Assembly (NCBI GenBank): GCA_041494685.1
Contig: JBGQBE010000007.1
Coordinates: forward strand, 1-64,000
Source of the DNA: Dehalococcoidia bacterium
Lineage (GTDB): Bacteria > Chloroflexota > Dehalococcoidia > DSTF01 > JACRBR01
DNA length: 64,000 nt
Direction: 5' to 3'
In this document: piece after piece, positions 9,663 to 18,407 of the stretch
How positions within the stretch are numbered: position 1 is the first letter of the stretch
How the letters are laid out: each line of letters begins with the position of its first letter
Notes under the pieces: model-generated
Databases searched by the model: none
What the model was told of the DNA's origin: nothing
Seen by the model: only the letters and a program-made list of their open reading frames with translations
Translations under genes and position numbers: made by a program

Positions 9663-9676
9663 CCCTCTGTTAGAAT
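9663..9676 (+). promoter_or_regulatory. Extended -10 element (TGtTAGAAT) of ECF sigma gene
   Basis: CCCTCTGTTAGAAT 11 nt before ATG 9688; identical 14-mer at 13143-13156. Confidence 0.55.
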
Positions 9677-9687
9677 TTGGCCCACTG

Positions 9688-10302
9688 ATGACGAATCCTG
9701 CGACAGAGGCTGCCGACTTGCCCGATGAGGCGGCGCTGGTCCGCGGCGCCCGCGACGGCTCGCTCGACGCGTTCAACGCGCTCGTCGATCTGCACCAGCG
9801 GCCGGCGTACAACCTCTGCCTCCGAATGCTCGGCAGTTCCGCGGCCGCCGAAGATGCCGCGCAGGACGCGTTTCTGTCCGCATTTCGCCACATTGGCTCG
9901 TTCAAAGGCGCGAACTTTCGCCCCTGGCTGATGCGCATCGCCGCCAACGCCTGCCTCGACGAGCTGCGCCGGCGCGGCCGCCGCCCCGCCGTCTCGCTCG
10001 ACGCGCCGGTGCCCGGCAGCGACGACCCGCCCGACGCCCCGGACACCGCCGCTGGCCCGGAGGCACTGGCGCTGCGACGCGAACAGCGGGACGCTGTCCA
10101 GGCAGCCCTGCTGCTCCTGCCGCCCGACCAGCGCATGGCGGTCGTCATGTGCGACGTCCAGGGCTTCGCGTACGAGGAGATCGCGGAGGCGATGCGCACC
10201 TCCGTCGGCACGGTGAAGTCGCGGATCGCGCGCGGACGCGAGAAGATGAGACGGGAGCTGGGGCCGCGGCTGGAACAAATCAAAGGTGAGCACCGTCAGT
10301 AG
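9688..10302 (+). CDS. ECF RNA polymerase sigma-70 factor
   Basis: AEDAAQDAFL, FRPWLMRIAANACLDELRRR (region 2), YEEIAEAM...GTVKSRIARGR (region 4). Confidence 0.93.
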   Translation: MTNPATEAADLPDEAALVRGARDGSLDAFNALVDLHQRPAYNLCLRMLGSSAAAEDAAQDAFLSAFRHIGSFKGANFRPWLMRIAANACLDELRRRGRRPAVSLDAPVPGSDDPPDAPDTAAGPEALALRREQRDAVQAALLLLPPDQRMAVVMCDVQGFAYEEIAEAMRTSVGTVKSRIARGREKMRRELGPRLEQIKGEHRQ

Positions 10303-10344
10303 ATCAGAAGCCGGTTCATCCTACGGCCTCCTCCGGGGATTCTT

Positions 10345-11085
10345 GTGAAGAAACTGTTAGCGTTCGGACAACACCGGCCCGACACGGAGGCGCTCTCCGC
10401 CCTGCTCGACGCCCGACTCGACGCGGCACGGTCCGCCACGCTCGACGCGCACGCAGCCACCTGCGATGCCTGCCGCGCGCGGTTCGCCGAGCTGCGCGCC
10501 GTCCGCGACTCGCTCCGCGCGATGCCCGCCGCCGAGACGCCGCGCTCGTTTCGCCTGCGCGCCGCCGACGTCGAACGCGCGCGGCCCGTGGCGGCGCCGG
10601 GGGGCTTCGCGCGGGCGCTGCCGCTGATGAGCGCGGCCGCCGTAGCGGCCTTCATCGTCCTGATCGGCGCGGGCGTCTACGCGAACAGCGGCGGCTCCAG
10701 TTCGAGCCGAAACTCGCTCACCGCGTACACAGGCCAGCAGGCGAAGACCGAGGCGCAGTCCGCCGCCGCATCCGCCGCGGATAGCGCCGGCAAACGCATC
10801 GCGTCCACACCGGCCGCCAACGAGTCAGATCTCGGCGGCGCGGAGGCGCCCACAACGACGCAGGGCGCCGCCGCACCAGCGCCGTCCGGCTCCGGTGCGT
10901 CGGCGCCAACCGCGCCGCCGCCGACAGCGCCGACCACGGCCGCCTACAGCGACAGCGCCGCCCCGTCGGGCGGCACGCACGACAACGCAGGTTTGTGGTG
11001 GTACGCCGCAGCGGCCGCCGGCATCGTCGCCGCAGCGACAGCGGGAGCCGCGCTCTACGCGCGGAGAAAGAGAGACGGGCTATGA
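10345..11085 (+). CDS. Zinc-binding (HxxxCxxC) transmembrane anti-sigma factor
   Basis: LSALLD...HAATCDAC, one TM, S/A/P/T-rich outer region, second C-terminal TM; directly follows the ECF gene. Confidence 0.85.
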   Translation: MKKLLAFGQHRPDTEALSALLDARLDAARSATLDAHAATCDACRARFAELRAVRDSLRAMPAAETPRSFRLRAADVERARPVAAPGGFARALPLMSAAAVAAFIVLIGAGVYANSGGSSSSRNSLTAYTGQQAKTEAQSAAASAADSAGKRIASTPAANESDLGGAEAPTTTQGAAAPAPSGSGASAPTAPPPTAPTTAAYSDSAAPSGGTHDNAGLWWYAAAAAGIVAAATAGAALYARRKRDGL

Positions 11086-11831
11086 ACATCCGATCACACA
11101 GGACCATCGTCTTCGCGGCGGTCAGCGCAGTGCTGTTCGTCGCACTCAGCGCCGCGACCTGCGGCGGCACGACGACGCGCATCGAGAACGCCGGCTCGAA
11201 CCAGCCGACGGGGATCACCGTCAGCGGCGAGGGCAAGGCGACCGGCAAGCCGGACATCGCACAGATCTCGCTCGGCGTCTCCGTCCTCGCCGACACCGTG
11301 CAGAACGCCCGCGACCGCGCCGCCACGTCGCTCGACGCGATCATCAGCGCCGTGAAGAAGGACGGCGTCGCCGCCGACGACATCCAGACGCAGCAGTTCA
11401 ACATCTCGCCCGAGTACGACTACAGCAACGGCAAGCAGACGCTGAAGGGCTTCCGCGTCACCAACATCGTCGCCGTGAAACTCCGCGACATCAACAAGAC
11501 CAGCCAAGTCGTCGACGACGCCGTCACCGCCGGCGGAGACAGCACGCAGGTGCAGGGCATCTCCTTCACCATCGACAAGCCCGACGACCTGCAGCGCCAG
11601 GCCCGCGAGGCGGCGATCGCCGACGCAAAGTCGAAGGCGGAGACGCTGGCGAAGGCCGCCGGCATCAGCGTCGGCGACCCGATCAGCGTGTCTGAGGTTC
11701 AGGTCGGCGTACCGATCCCGGTCAGCGCCGGCAAGGGTCTCGATTCGGGGGCGACGACTCCGTCGACGCCGATCGAGCCCGGCACGCTCGACGTGACCGT
11801 AAGCGTCAACGTCACCTGGGCGATCAAGTAG
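11082..11831 (+). CDS. SIMPL (DUF541) domain exported protein, possible lipoprotein
   Basis: Signal peptide ending AATC-G, ITVSGEG...PD, IQTQQFNISPEYDY, AIADAKSKAETLA; ATGA overlap with anti-sigma gene. Confidence 0.88.
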   Translation: MNIRSHRTIVFAAVSAVLFVALSAATCGGTTTRIENAGSNQPTGITVSGEGKATGKPDIAQISLGVSVLADTVQNARDRAATSLDAIISAVKKDGVAADDIQTQQFNISPEYDYSNGKQTLKGFRVTNIVAVKLRDINKTSQVVDDAVTAGGDSTQVQGISFTIDKPDDLQRQAREAAIADAKSKAETLAKAAGISVGDPISVSEVQVGVPIPVSAGKGLDSGATTPSTPIEPGTLDVTVSVNVTWAIK

Positions 11832-12004
11832 CGCGCTTTACCGCAGGCCGCGTTCGAAGCTCCGCCGCCCCACAGGCGCGGGGCCTCGAAGCAGCCGCCT
11901 CCGCCGGGAACATGCGGGATGCCCCCGATCGGCGAAACAGCGGTCCGCCCGCTACAATGAACGCAACTACCCGGGACTGAATCACCCTGACGGCACAGAG
12001 GCAG

Positions 12005-13132
12005 ATGGCAACCGACCGCAAACAGGATTACTACGACTTGCTCGGCGTGGCGCGCGGCGCCAGCCAGGATGAGGTCAAGAAGGCCTTCCGCCGCCTCGCC
12101 ATGCAGTTCCACCCGGACCGCAACCAGGAGGCGGGCGCCGAGGCCCGCTTCAAAGAGGTCAACGAGGCGTACGAGGTGCTCTCCGACCCGGAGAAGCGCG
12201 CCATGTACGACCGCTTCGGCCACGCCGCCACGCAGGGCGGCGCGGACGCTCGTGGCTTCGAGGGCTTCGGCTTCGGCGGCCTCGGCGACATCTTCGACGC
12301 CTTCTTCGGCGGCCAGCAGTCCCGCGGCCAGCGTGGCCCGACGCGCGGCGCCGACATGCGCCGCGGCATCACGCTCACGTTCGAGGAAGCCGTCTTCGGC
12401 GTGGACAAGGACATCGAGATCCAGACCGCGGAGATCTGCTCCGTCTGCAACGGCCTCCGCGCCGAGCCCGGCACCGAGCCGGAGCGCTGCACCCAGTGCA
12501 ACGGCAGCGGCGAAGTCCGTCGCGTCCAGCAGAGCATCTTCGGCCAGTTCGTCAACGTCGCCGCCTGCGACCGCTGCCGCGGCGAGGGCCGCGTCGTCAA
12601 CACCCCCTGCAAGCACTGCCGCGGCACCGGGCGAGAGAAGCGGAAACGCAAGATCTCCGTGAAGATCCCCGGCGGCGTCGACAACGGCTCCCAGATGCGC
12701 CTCACGGGCGAGGGCGAGATCGGATCGCAGGGTGGCCCGCGCGGCAACCTCTACCTCCAGATCTCCGTCAAAGAGCACGAGGTCTTCCGACGCGACGAGG
12801 ACGACATCCTCCTGGAACTCGACCTCAACTTCGCCCAGGCGGCGCTCGGCGACGAAGTGTCGATCCCCACGATCGACGGCGAGCCGCACGCACTCCGCAT
12901 CGCCGCCGGCACGCAGAACGGCGAGATGTTCGTCGTCCGCGGCAAGGGCGTCCCGCACCTGCGCGGCAGCGGCCGCGGCGACATGATCGTGCGCGCGAAC
13001 GTCGTCACGCCGAAGAGCCTCACGAAGGAGCAGCGCGACCTCCTCAAGCAGCTCGCCTCGTCGATGGGGCAGACCATCACGCCGCAGGAAGACCGCGGCC
13101 TCATGGGGAAGATCAAAGGCAAGCTGGGCTGA
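12005..13132 (+). CDS. dnaJ: Chaperone DnaJ
   Basis: J-domain with HPD, G/F region, four CxxCxGxG-type repeats, C-terminal domain. Confidence 0.97.
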   Translation: MATDRKQDYYDLLGVARGASQDEVKKAFRRLAMQFHPDRNQEAGAEARFKEVNEAYEVLSDPEKRAMYDRFGHAATQGGADARGFEGFGFGGLGDIFDAFFGGQQSRGQRGPTRGADMRRGITLTFEEAVFGVDKDIEIQTAEICSVCNGLRAEPGTEPERCTQCNGSGEVRRVQQSIFGQFVNVAACDRCRGEGRVVNTPCKHCRGTGREKRKRKISVKIPGGVDNGSQMRLTGEGEIGSQGGPRGNLYLQISVKEHEVFRRDEDDILLELDLNFAQAALGDEVSIPTIDGEPHALRIAAGTQNGEMFVVRGKGVPHLRGSGRGDMIVRANVVTPKSLTKEQRDLLKQLASSMGQTITPQEDRGLMGKIKGKLG

Positions 13133-13198
13133 CGCCCACACCCCCTCTGTTAGAATCTCATCACAACTGAACCGCGCATCTTTCGGAATCGAGCCAGC

Positions 13199-13972
13199 GT
13201 GAGCAACGTCTTCCTGGTCCTTGCCGCGTTCCTCGCCAGCGCCGTCGAGATGGTCGAAGCGCTGACGATCGTGCTCGCCGTCGGCGTCACGCGCGGCTGG
13301 CGCTCATCGCTGATCGGCGTGGCGGCCGCGCTCGTCGTCCTGGCCGCGGTCGTCGCGGCGCTCGGCCCCGCGCTGACGCTCGTGCCGATCGACGCGCTGC
13401 GGCTCTTCGTCGGCGGCGTGCTGTTGATCTTCGGCCTGCAGTGGCTGCGCAAGGCGATCCTGCGCGCCAGCGGCTACAAGGCGCTCCACGACGAGGAGGC
13501 GATCTTCGAAGCCGAGGTCGAAGAGGCGCGACGCGCCGCCGCCGAAGAACGCGCGGGGCTGGACTGGTACTCCTTCACGCTCTCGTTCAAGGGCGTGTTC
13601 CTGGAGGGGCTCGAGGTCGCGTTCATCGTCGTGACGTTCGGCAGCAGCCAGGGCAACATCCCGCTCGCCGCGCTGGGCGCCGCCGCGGCGCTGATCATCG
13701 TCGCCGGCACCGGGCTGATCGTGCACCGGCCGCTGAGCCGCGTGCCGGAGAACAGCATGAAGTTCGCCGTCGGCGTCATGCTCACCTCGTTCGGCACCTT
13801 CTGGGGCGCGGAGGGCGCGGGCGTCGACTGGCCAGGCTCGGAGGGCGCGCTGCTGGGCGTGCTGGCGCTGATCGTCGCAGCGTCGCTGCTGCTCGTGCGG
13901 CTGCTGCGCCAGCGCCAGGACAGCTTCGAGCGCGCGATGCGCGAGCGCGCAGGCGCAGGGGCGGCGTCATGA
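13199..13972 (+). CDS. COG4280-like membrane protein with FTR1-like ExxE motifs; possible metal transporter
   Basis: VEMVEALTIV and LEGLEVAFIV repeated motifs, WLRKAILR, ENSMKF; multiple TM helices. Confidence 0.75.
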   Translation: MSNVFLVLAAFLASAVEMVEALTIVLAVGVTRGWRSSLIGVAAALVVLAAVVAALGPALTLVPIDALRLFVGGVLLIFGLQWLRKAILRASGYKALHDEEAIFEAEVEEARRAAAEERAGLDWYSFTLSFKGVFLEGLEVAFIVVTFGSSQGNIPLAALGAAAALIIVAGTGLIVHRPLSRVPENSMKFAVGVMLTSFGTFWGAEGAGVDWPGSEGALLGVLALIVAASLLLVRLLRQRQDSFERAMRERAGAGAAS

Positions 13973-14169
13973 CCTTCGTCCGCAACTTCGTCGCGTTCTG
14001 GTACGACTTCATCGTCGGCGACGACTGGCGCGTCGCCGCGGGCGTCATCGTCGCGCTGGTGCTCACCGCGCTCCTCGCCCATCGCGACGTCGCCGCCTGG
14101 TGGCTGATGCCGCTCGCCGCGCTGCTGCTGTTAGTGCTGTCCCTCTGGCGCGTCGCCGGCAAGCGCTAA
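13969..14169 (+). CDS. Small membrane protein (FWYDFIVGDDW motif)
   Basis: 66 aa, two TM helices, ATGA overlap with the upstream gene. Confidence 0.75.
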   Translation: MTFVRNFVAFWYDFIVGDDWRVAAGVIVALVLTALLAHRDVAAWWLMPLAALLLLVLSLWRVAGKR

Positions 14170-14186
14170 CAGCTGCGCAATAACCA

Positions 14187-14214
14187 TCTGTTGTCTGCTG
14201 TCTGCTGTCTGTTG
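14187..14214. repeat. Heptamer tandem repeat (TCTGYTG)x4
   Basis: tctgttg tctgctg tctgctg tctgttg between convergent genes. Confidence 0.85.
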
Positions 14215-14230
14215 TCGCGCCCCCGGCGCG

Positions 14231-14902
14231 CTACAGCCCCGCCAGCCACTCCCCCAGCGCCCCCACCGCCTCGGCCCAGATCTCCTCGCGAGTCCGCCCG
14301 CTCGCCTTCGGCGCCGAGAAGCCGTGATCGGCCGACTGCAGCAGGCGCACCTTCGCGCGCTTCACCCTCTTCGCGGCGGCACGCAGCTCCTCCGGCGTCC
14401 CGAACGCGTCGTTCGTGCCGGAGCAGAACAGCACCGGCGCGCGGATCGCCGACAGGTGCTCGACCCGCTGCTGGTCCGACCGCCCCGGCGGATGCAGCGG
14501 GTAGGCGAACAGCGCCAGCGCGTCCACCACCACGCCCTGCGCCACCACCATCGACGCGATGCGGCCGCCCATCGACCGCCCGCCCACGACGACCCGCCCC
14601 GCGTCGCTTCGCACTGCCTCGATGACGGCGCGCCATGTCGCCTCCAGCACCGGCGGCCGGTCGGGCGCGCGCCGGCCCGCCTCCATGTACGGGAACTGAA
14701 AGCGGACCGTGGCGATGCCCGCCGCCGCCAGCGCGTTCGCCGCGTACGCTCCGAACGGGTCGCGCAGGTTCGACCCCGCCCCCGGCGCATACACGAACGT
14801 CCACTCCGCGCCCGAAGCGGCCGTCCGCAGCGCCGTCACGGCCAGGCCCTCAGCCACCCGGATCGAGATCTTCCTGTCGCCTATACCGCGACGATAGCGC
14901 AC
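14231..14902 (-). CDS. Alpha/beta hydrolase (KANL3/Tex30-like)
   Basis: PGAGS, RFQFPYM, GGRSMGGR nucleophile elbow, YPLHPPG, ADHGF. Start position uncertain. Confidence 0.85.
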   Translation of the reverse strand: MRYRRGIGDRKISIRVAEGLAVTALRTAASGAEWTFVYAPGAGSNLRDPFGAYAANALAAAGIATVRFQFPYMEAGRRAPDRPPVLEATWRAVIEAVRSDAGRVVVGGRSMGGRIASMVVAQGVVVDALALFAYPLHPPGRSDQQRVEHLSAIRAPVLFCSGTNDAFGTPEELRAAAKRVKRAKVRLLQSADHGFSAPKASGRTREEIWAEAVGALGEWLAGL

Positions 14903-15040
14903 ACCACCCGTGCCGCGCGACCCCCAACCTCCAACCCCCCACCCCTCTGCGCCCGCTGAGCCTCTGTGTTGAATCCGTCCCCCGCGGTTCTGTCACGCGC
15001 TCAACGAAGCCGGTAATCTTCCGATACGGAGGATCACCCC

Positions 15041-16717
15041 ATGACATTCGACCCCAAGCACAACTCCCGCACCATCACCGAGGGCCCGACGCGCGCCGCC
15101 GCCCGCTCGTACTACTACAGCATTGGCTTCACCAAGGAAGACCTGCAGAAGCCGATCATCGGCATCGCCAACACCTGGATCGGCACGATGCCCTGCAACT
15201 TCAACCTGCGCCTCCTTGCCGCGAAGGTGGCCGAGGGCGTGCGCAAGGCCGGCGGCACGCCGATGGAGTTCAACACCATCGCCATCAGCGACGGCATCAC
15301 CATGGGCACCGAGGGCATGAAGACGTCGCTCGTCTCGCGCGAGGTGATCGCCGACTCGATCGAGCTCACGACGCGCGGCTACATGTTCGACGCGCTCGTC
15401 TGCCTCGTCGGCTGCGACAAGACCATCCCCGCCGCGGCGATGGCGCTGGCGCGGCTCAACATCCCCGGCATCATCGTCTACGGCGGCACCATCCTCCCCG
15501 GCAAGTTCGACGGCCGCGACGTCAACATCCAGGACGTCTTCGAGGGCGTCGGCCAGAACGCCGCCGGCACCCTCTCCGACGCCGACCTCGACCGCCTCGA
15601 GCACGCCGCCTGCCCGGGGCCCGGCGCCTGCGGCGGCCAGTTCACCGCCAACACCATGGCGCTGGCGATGGAGTTCATCGGCCTCTCGCCCATGGGCAGC
15701 GCCAGCGTCCCCGCCGTCGATCCGCGCAAGGACGACGTCGGCGTGCGCGCCGGCGAAGTCGTGATGGACGTGCTGCGCCGCAACGTCCGCCCGCTCGACA
15801 TCCTCACGCGCGCCGCGTTCGAGAACGCGATCGCCGGCGTCGCCACGACCGGCGGCTCGACGAACGCCGTGCTGCACCTGCTCGCCCTCGCGCGCGAGGC
15901 CGGTGTGCCGCTCACTATCGACGACTTCGACACCGTCAGCAGCCGCACGCCGCTGCTCGTCGATCTCAAGCCCGGCGGCCAGTACGTCGCCGCCGACCTC
16001 GACCGCGCCGGCGGCGTCCCGCTCGTCGCGCAGCGCCTCGTCGCGGGCGGCTACGTCGACGCGACGCGCCCTACGCCCAGCGGCCGCAGCTTCGGCGAGG
16101 AGGCCGCCGCCGCGAAGGAGACGCCCGGCCAGGTCGTCGTCCACGCGCTCAGCGACCCGCTCAAGGCCACGGGCGGGCTCGTCATCCTGCACGGCAACCT
16201 GGCGCCGGAAGGCTGCGTCGTGAAGGTGGCGGGGCACGAGCGCCTCACGCACCGCGGCCCCGCCCGCGTCTTCGACCGCGAGGAAGACGCGATGGCGGCC
16301 GTCACGCAGAAGCGCATCAAGCCGGGCGACGTCGTCGTGATCCGCTACGAGGGCCCGAAGGGCGGCCCCGGCATGCGCGAGATGCTCGGCGTCACCTCCG
16401 CGATCGTCGGCGAGGGCATGGGCGAGACGGTGGCGCTGCTCACCGACGGCCGCTTCAGCGGCGCCACGCGCGGCCTGATGGCCGGGCACGTGGCGCCCGA
16501 GGCGTACGTCGGCGGCCCGATCGCCGCCGTGCGCGAAGGCGACACGATCAGCTTCGACATCGCCAACCGCCGCCTCGACGTGGAGATCAGCGACGGCGAG
16601 ATCGCCGCCCGCCTGCGCGACTGGCGCGCCCCGGAGCCGCGCTACAAGACCGGCGTCATGGCCAAGTACGCCGCCCTCGTGTCGAGCGCGAGCGAGGGCG
16701 CGATCACGCGAGTATAA
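15041..16717 (+). CDS. ilvD: Dihydroxy-acid dehydratase
   Basis: [55 protein letters not shown]. Confidence 0.97.
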   Translation: MTFDPKHNSRTITEGPTRAAARSYYYSIGFTKEDLQKPIIGIANTWIGTMPCNFNLRLLAAKVAEGVRKAGGTPMEFNTIAISDGITMGTEGMKTSLVSREVIADSIELTTRGYMFDALVCLVGCDKTIPAAAMALARLNIPGIIVYGGTILPGKFDGRDVNIQDVFEGVGQNAAGTLSDADLDRLEHAACPGPGACGGQFTANTMALAMEFIGLSPMGSASVPAVDPRKDDVGVRAGEVVMDVLRRNVRPLDILTRAAFENAIAGVATTGGSTNAVLHLLALAREAGVPLTIDDFDTVSSRTPLLVDLKPGGQYVAADLDRAGGVPLVAQRLVAGGYVDATRPTPSGRSFGEEAAAAKETPGQVVVHALSDPLKATGGLVILHGNLAPEGCVVKVAGHERLTHRGPARVFDREEDAMAAVTQKRIKPGDVVVIRYEGPKGGPGMREMLGVTSAIVGEGMGETVALLTDGRFSGATRGLMAGHVAPEAYVGGPIAAVREGDTISFDIANRRLDVEISDGEIAARLRDWRAPEPRYKTGVMAKYAALVSSASEGAITRV

Positions 16718-16724
16718 TGCGGCG

Positions 16725-17720
16725 ATGGCGCAACCGAAGGCATCCAGGAACAGAACCATCACGCTCTCACCGAACGAGCGTTCGTCTCTTGAGGACAAGC
16801 TGATACGGCTATCCGGGCCGACGACGATCGAAGAGATCAGAAACGGAACGATCAATCAGGATCTGCTTGCGATTCTCGACTGGCTGCCCCCGGCATTTGC
16901 TGATCTTCTGATTCTCGACCCGCCCTACAACCTCACCAAGAAGTTCGGCGACCAGACGTTCAGGCGGCGATCGTCCGCAGCGTATGCGGAGTGGCTGGAG
17001 TCGTGGTTGCCGAGGCTGCTCACTTGTCTCAAGCCGACAGGATCCGTGTATATCTGCGGCGATTGGCGCTCATCGTCCGCCATTCAGTTCGTTGCTGAGA
17101 AGTATCTTCGGGTACGCAATCGCATCACCTGGGAACGCGAAAAAGGGCGGGGTGCGGCGAGCAATTGGAAGAATTGCGCCGAGGACATCTGGTTCTGCAC
17201 GGTATCAGACGATTACCGGTTCAATACTGATGCCGTAAGACTGCGTCGGCGCGTGAAGGCGCCCTATCGGGACGCGCTTGGCCGTCCGAAGGACTGGGAG
17301 TTGTCGGAGGCTGGGAACTTTCGTCTAACCCACGCGTCTAATCTCTGGACCGATGTGACCGTCCCGTTCTGGTCTATGCCGGAGAACACCGAACACCCTG
17401 CTCAGAAGCCTGAGAAACTCATCGCCAAACTTATCCTCGCGAGTACCAACCCCTCCGACACCGTCTTCGATCCCTTCCTGGGATCGGGCACCACCTCCGT
17501 CGTGGCAGCGAAGCTCGGACGTGACTACCTAGGAGTGGAAATCGACCGGTCATATTGCGAAATCGCCGAGAAACGTCTGGCCGCCGTCGGACGTGATTCC
17601 TCCATCCAGGGCTACGCCGACGGAGTGTTCTGGGAGAGAAACTCTCTTCAGTCCTCGCCAAAGACGGCGGCCTCACGCCTCGCGCGTCAACCGCTCCTGT
17701 TCCGAGAACGCTCCCGGTGA
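16725..17720 (+). CDS. DNA methyltransferase, N6-adenine/N4-cytosine, beta class
   Basis: DPPY (motif IV) precedes HPAQKPEKL and DPFLGSGTT (motif I); A/T-richer than flanks. Confidence 0.92.
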   Translation: MAQPKASRNRTITLSPNERSSLEDKLIRLSGPTTIEEIRNGTINQDLLAILDWLPPAFADLLILDPPYNLTKKFGDQTFRRRSSAAYAEWLESWLPRLLTCLKPTGSVYICGDWRSSSAIQFVAEKYLRVRNRITWEREKGRGAASNWKNCAEDIWFCTVSDDYRFNTDAVRLRRRVKAPYRDALGRPKDWELSEAGNFRLTHASNLWTDVTVPFWSMPENTEHPAQKPEKLIAKLILASTNPSDTVFDPFLGSGTTSVVAAKLGRDYLGVEIDRSYCEIAEKRLAAVGRDSSIQGYADGVFWERNSLQSSPKTAASRLARQPLLFRERSR

Positions 17721-18373
17721 GCAGCAAGCTGTTCGTTCCGGCGAACGCACGGACCATTGAGACGGCCATCCTCGAAATGATCAACGCTCAGCCCGAGTTC
17801 CTTTCATCTCGCGCGGCACGAAGTACGCGGGGCGTCGGTGACGAACTCCAGTCGATCATTTCAGAAAACCTGGAGTCCATCCTCACCGGGCAGATCGGGA
17901 ACTACGTCGGACAGTTTGAGCGCCGCGCGATGGCAGACGTAGCGTTTTCCGACGACGACGGCTTCTACTACGCCGTCGACGTGAAGACGCACAGGCTCGA
18001 CACGAAGTTCAACATGCCGAATCTCACATCCGTGCGGCGGATCGCTGAGTTCTATCGCACGAGCAGCAATTTCTTCGTCACCCTCATCATCCAGTACCAC
18101 ATCGACGGAGGGCGGGTACGCGTGTCACAGGTGCACTTTGTGCCAATCGAGTTCATATCCTGGAAGTGTCTCCGCATCGGTGCGTTAGGACTCGGGCAGA
18201 TCCAGATCAAGAATGCCAACTCTATCGACATCGTGCAGGGTTACGCGCGGCGCGATTGGATGTTGGAGCTGTGCGACCACGTGGGCAATTTCCATCGCGC
18301 CGAAGTCGTGAAGATCGAGGAACAGCAACAGTTCTTCGAATCCATCCGTACGTCGTGGCTCGAAAGGCAATGA
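17717..18373 (+). CDS. Putative type II restriction endonuclease, PD-(D/E)xK fold
   Basis: MADVAF...AVDVKT catalytic-like motif; GTGA-coupled to the MTase and shares its atypical composition. Confidence 0.7.
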   Translation: MSSKLFVPANARTIETAILEMINAQPEFLSSRAARSTRGVGDELQSIISENLESILTGQIGNYVGQFERRAMADVAFSDDDGFYYAVDVKTHRLDTKFNMPNLTSVRRIAEFYRTSSNFFVTLIIQYHIDGGRVRVSQVHFVPIEFISWKCLRIGALGLGQIQIKNANSIDIVQGYARRDWMLELCDHVGNFHRAEVVKIEEQQQFFESIRTSWLERQ

Positions 18374-18407
18374 GCCACCCACCAGCGACCAGCGACGGCC
18401 CTACCGG

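Noticed and set aside
11832..12004. CIRCE or HAIR heat-shock operator before dnaJ
   Set aside because: No TTAGCACTC-N9-GAGTGCTAA or CTTGAGT-N7-ACTCAAG is visible; only a TACAAT -10 element.
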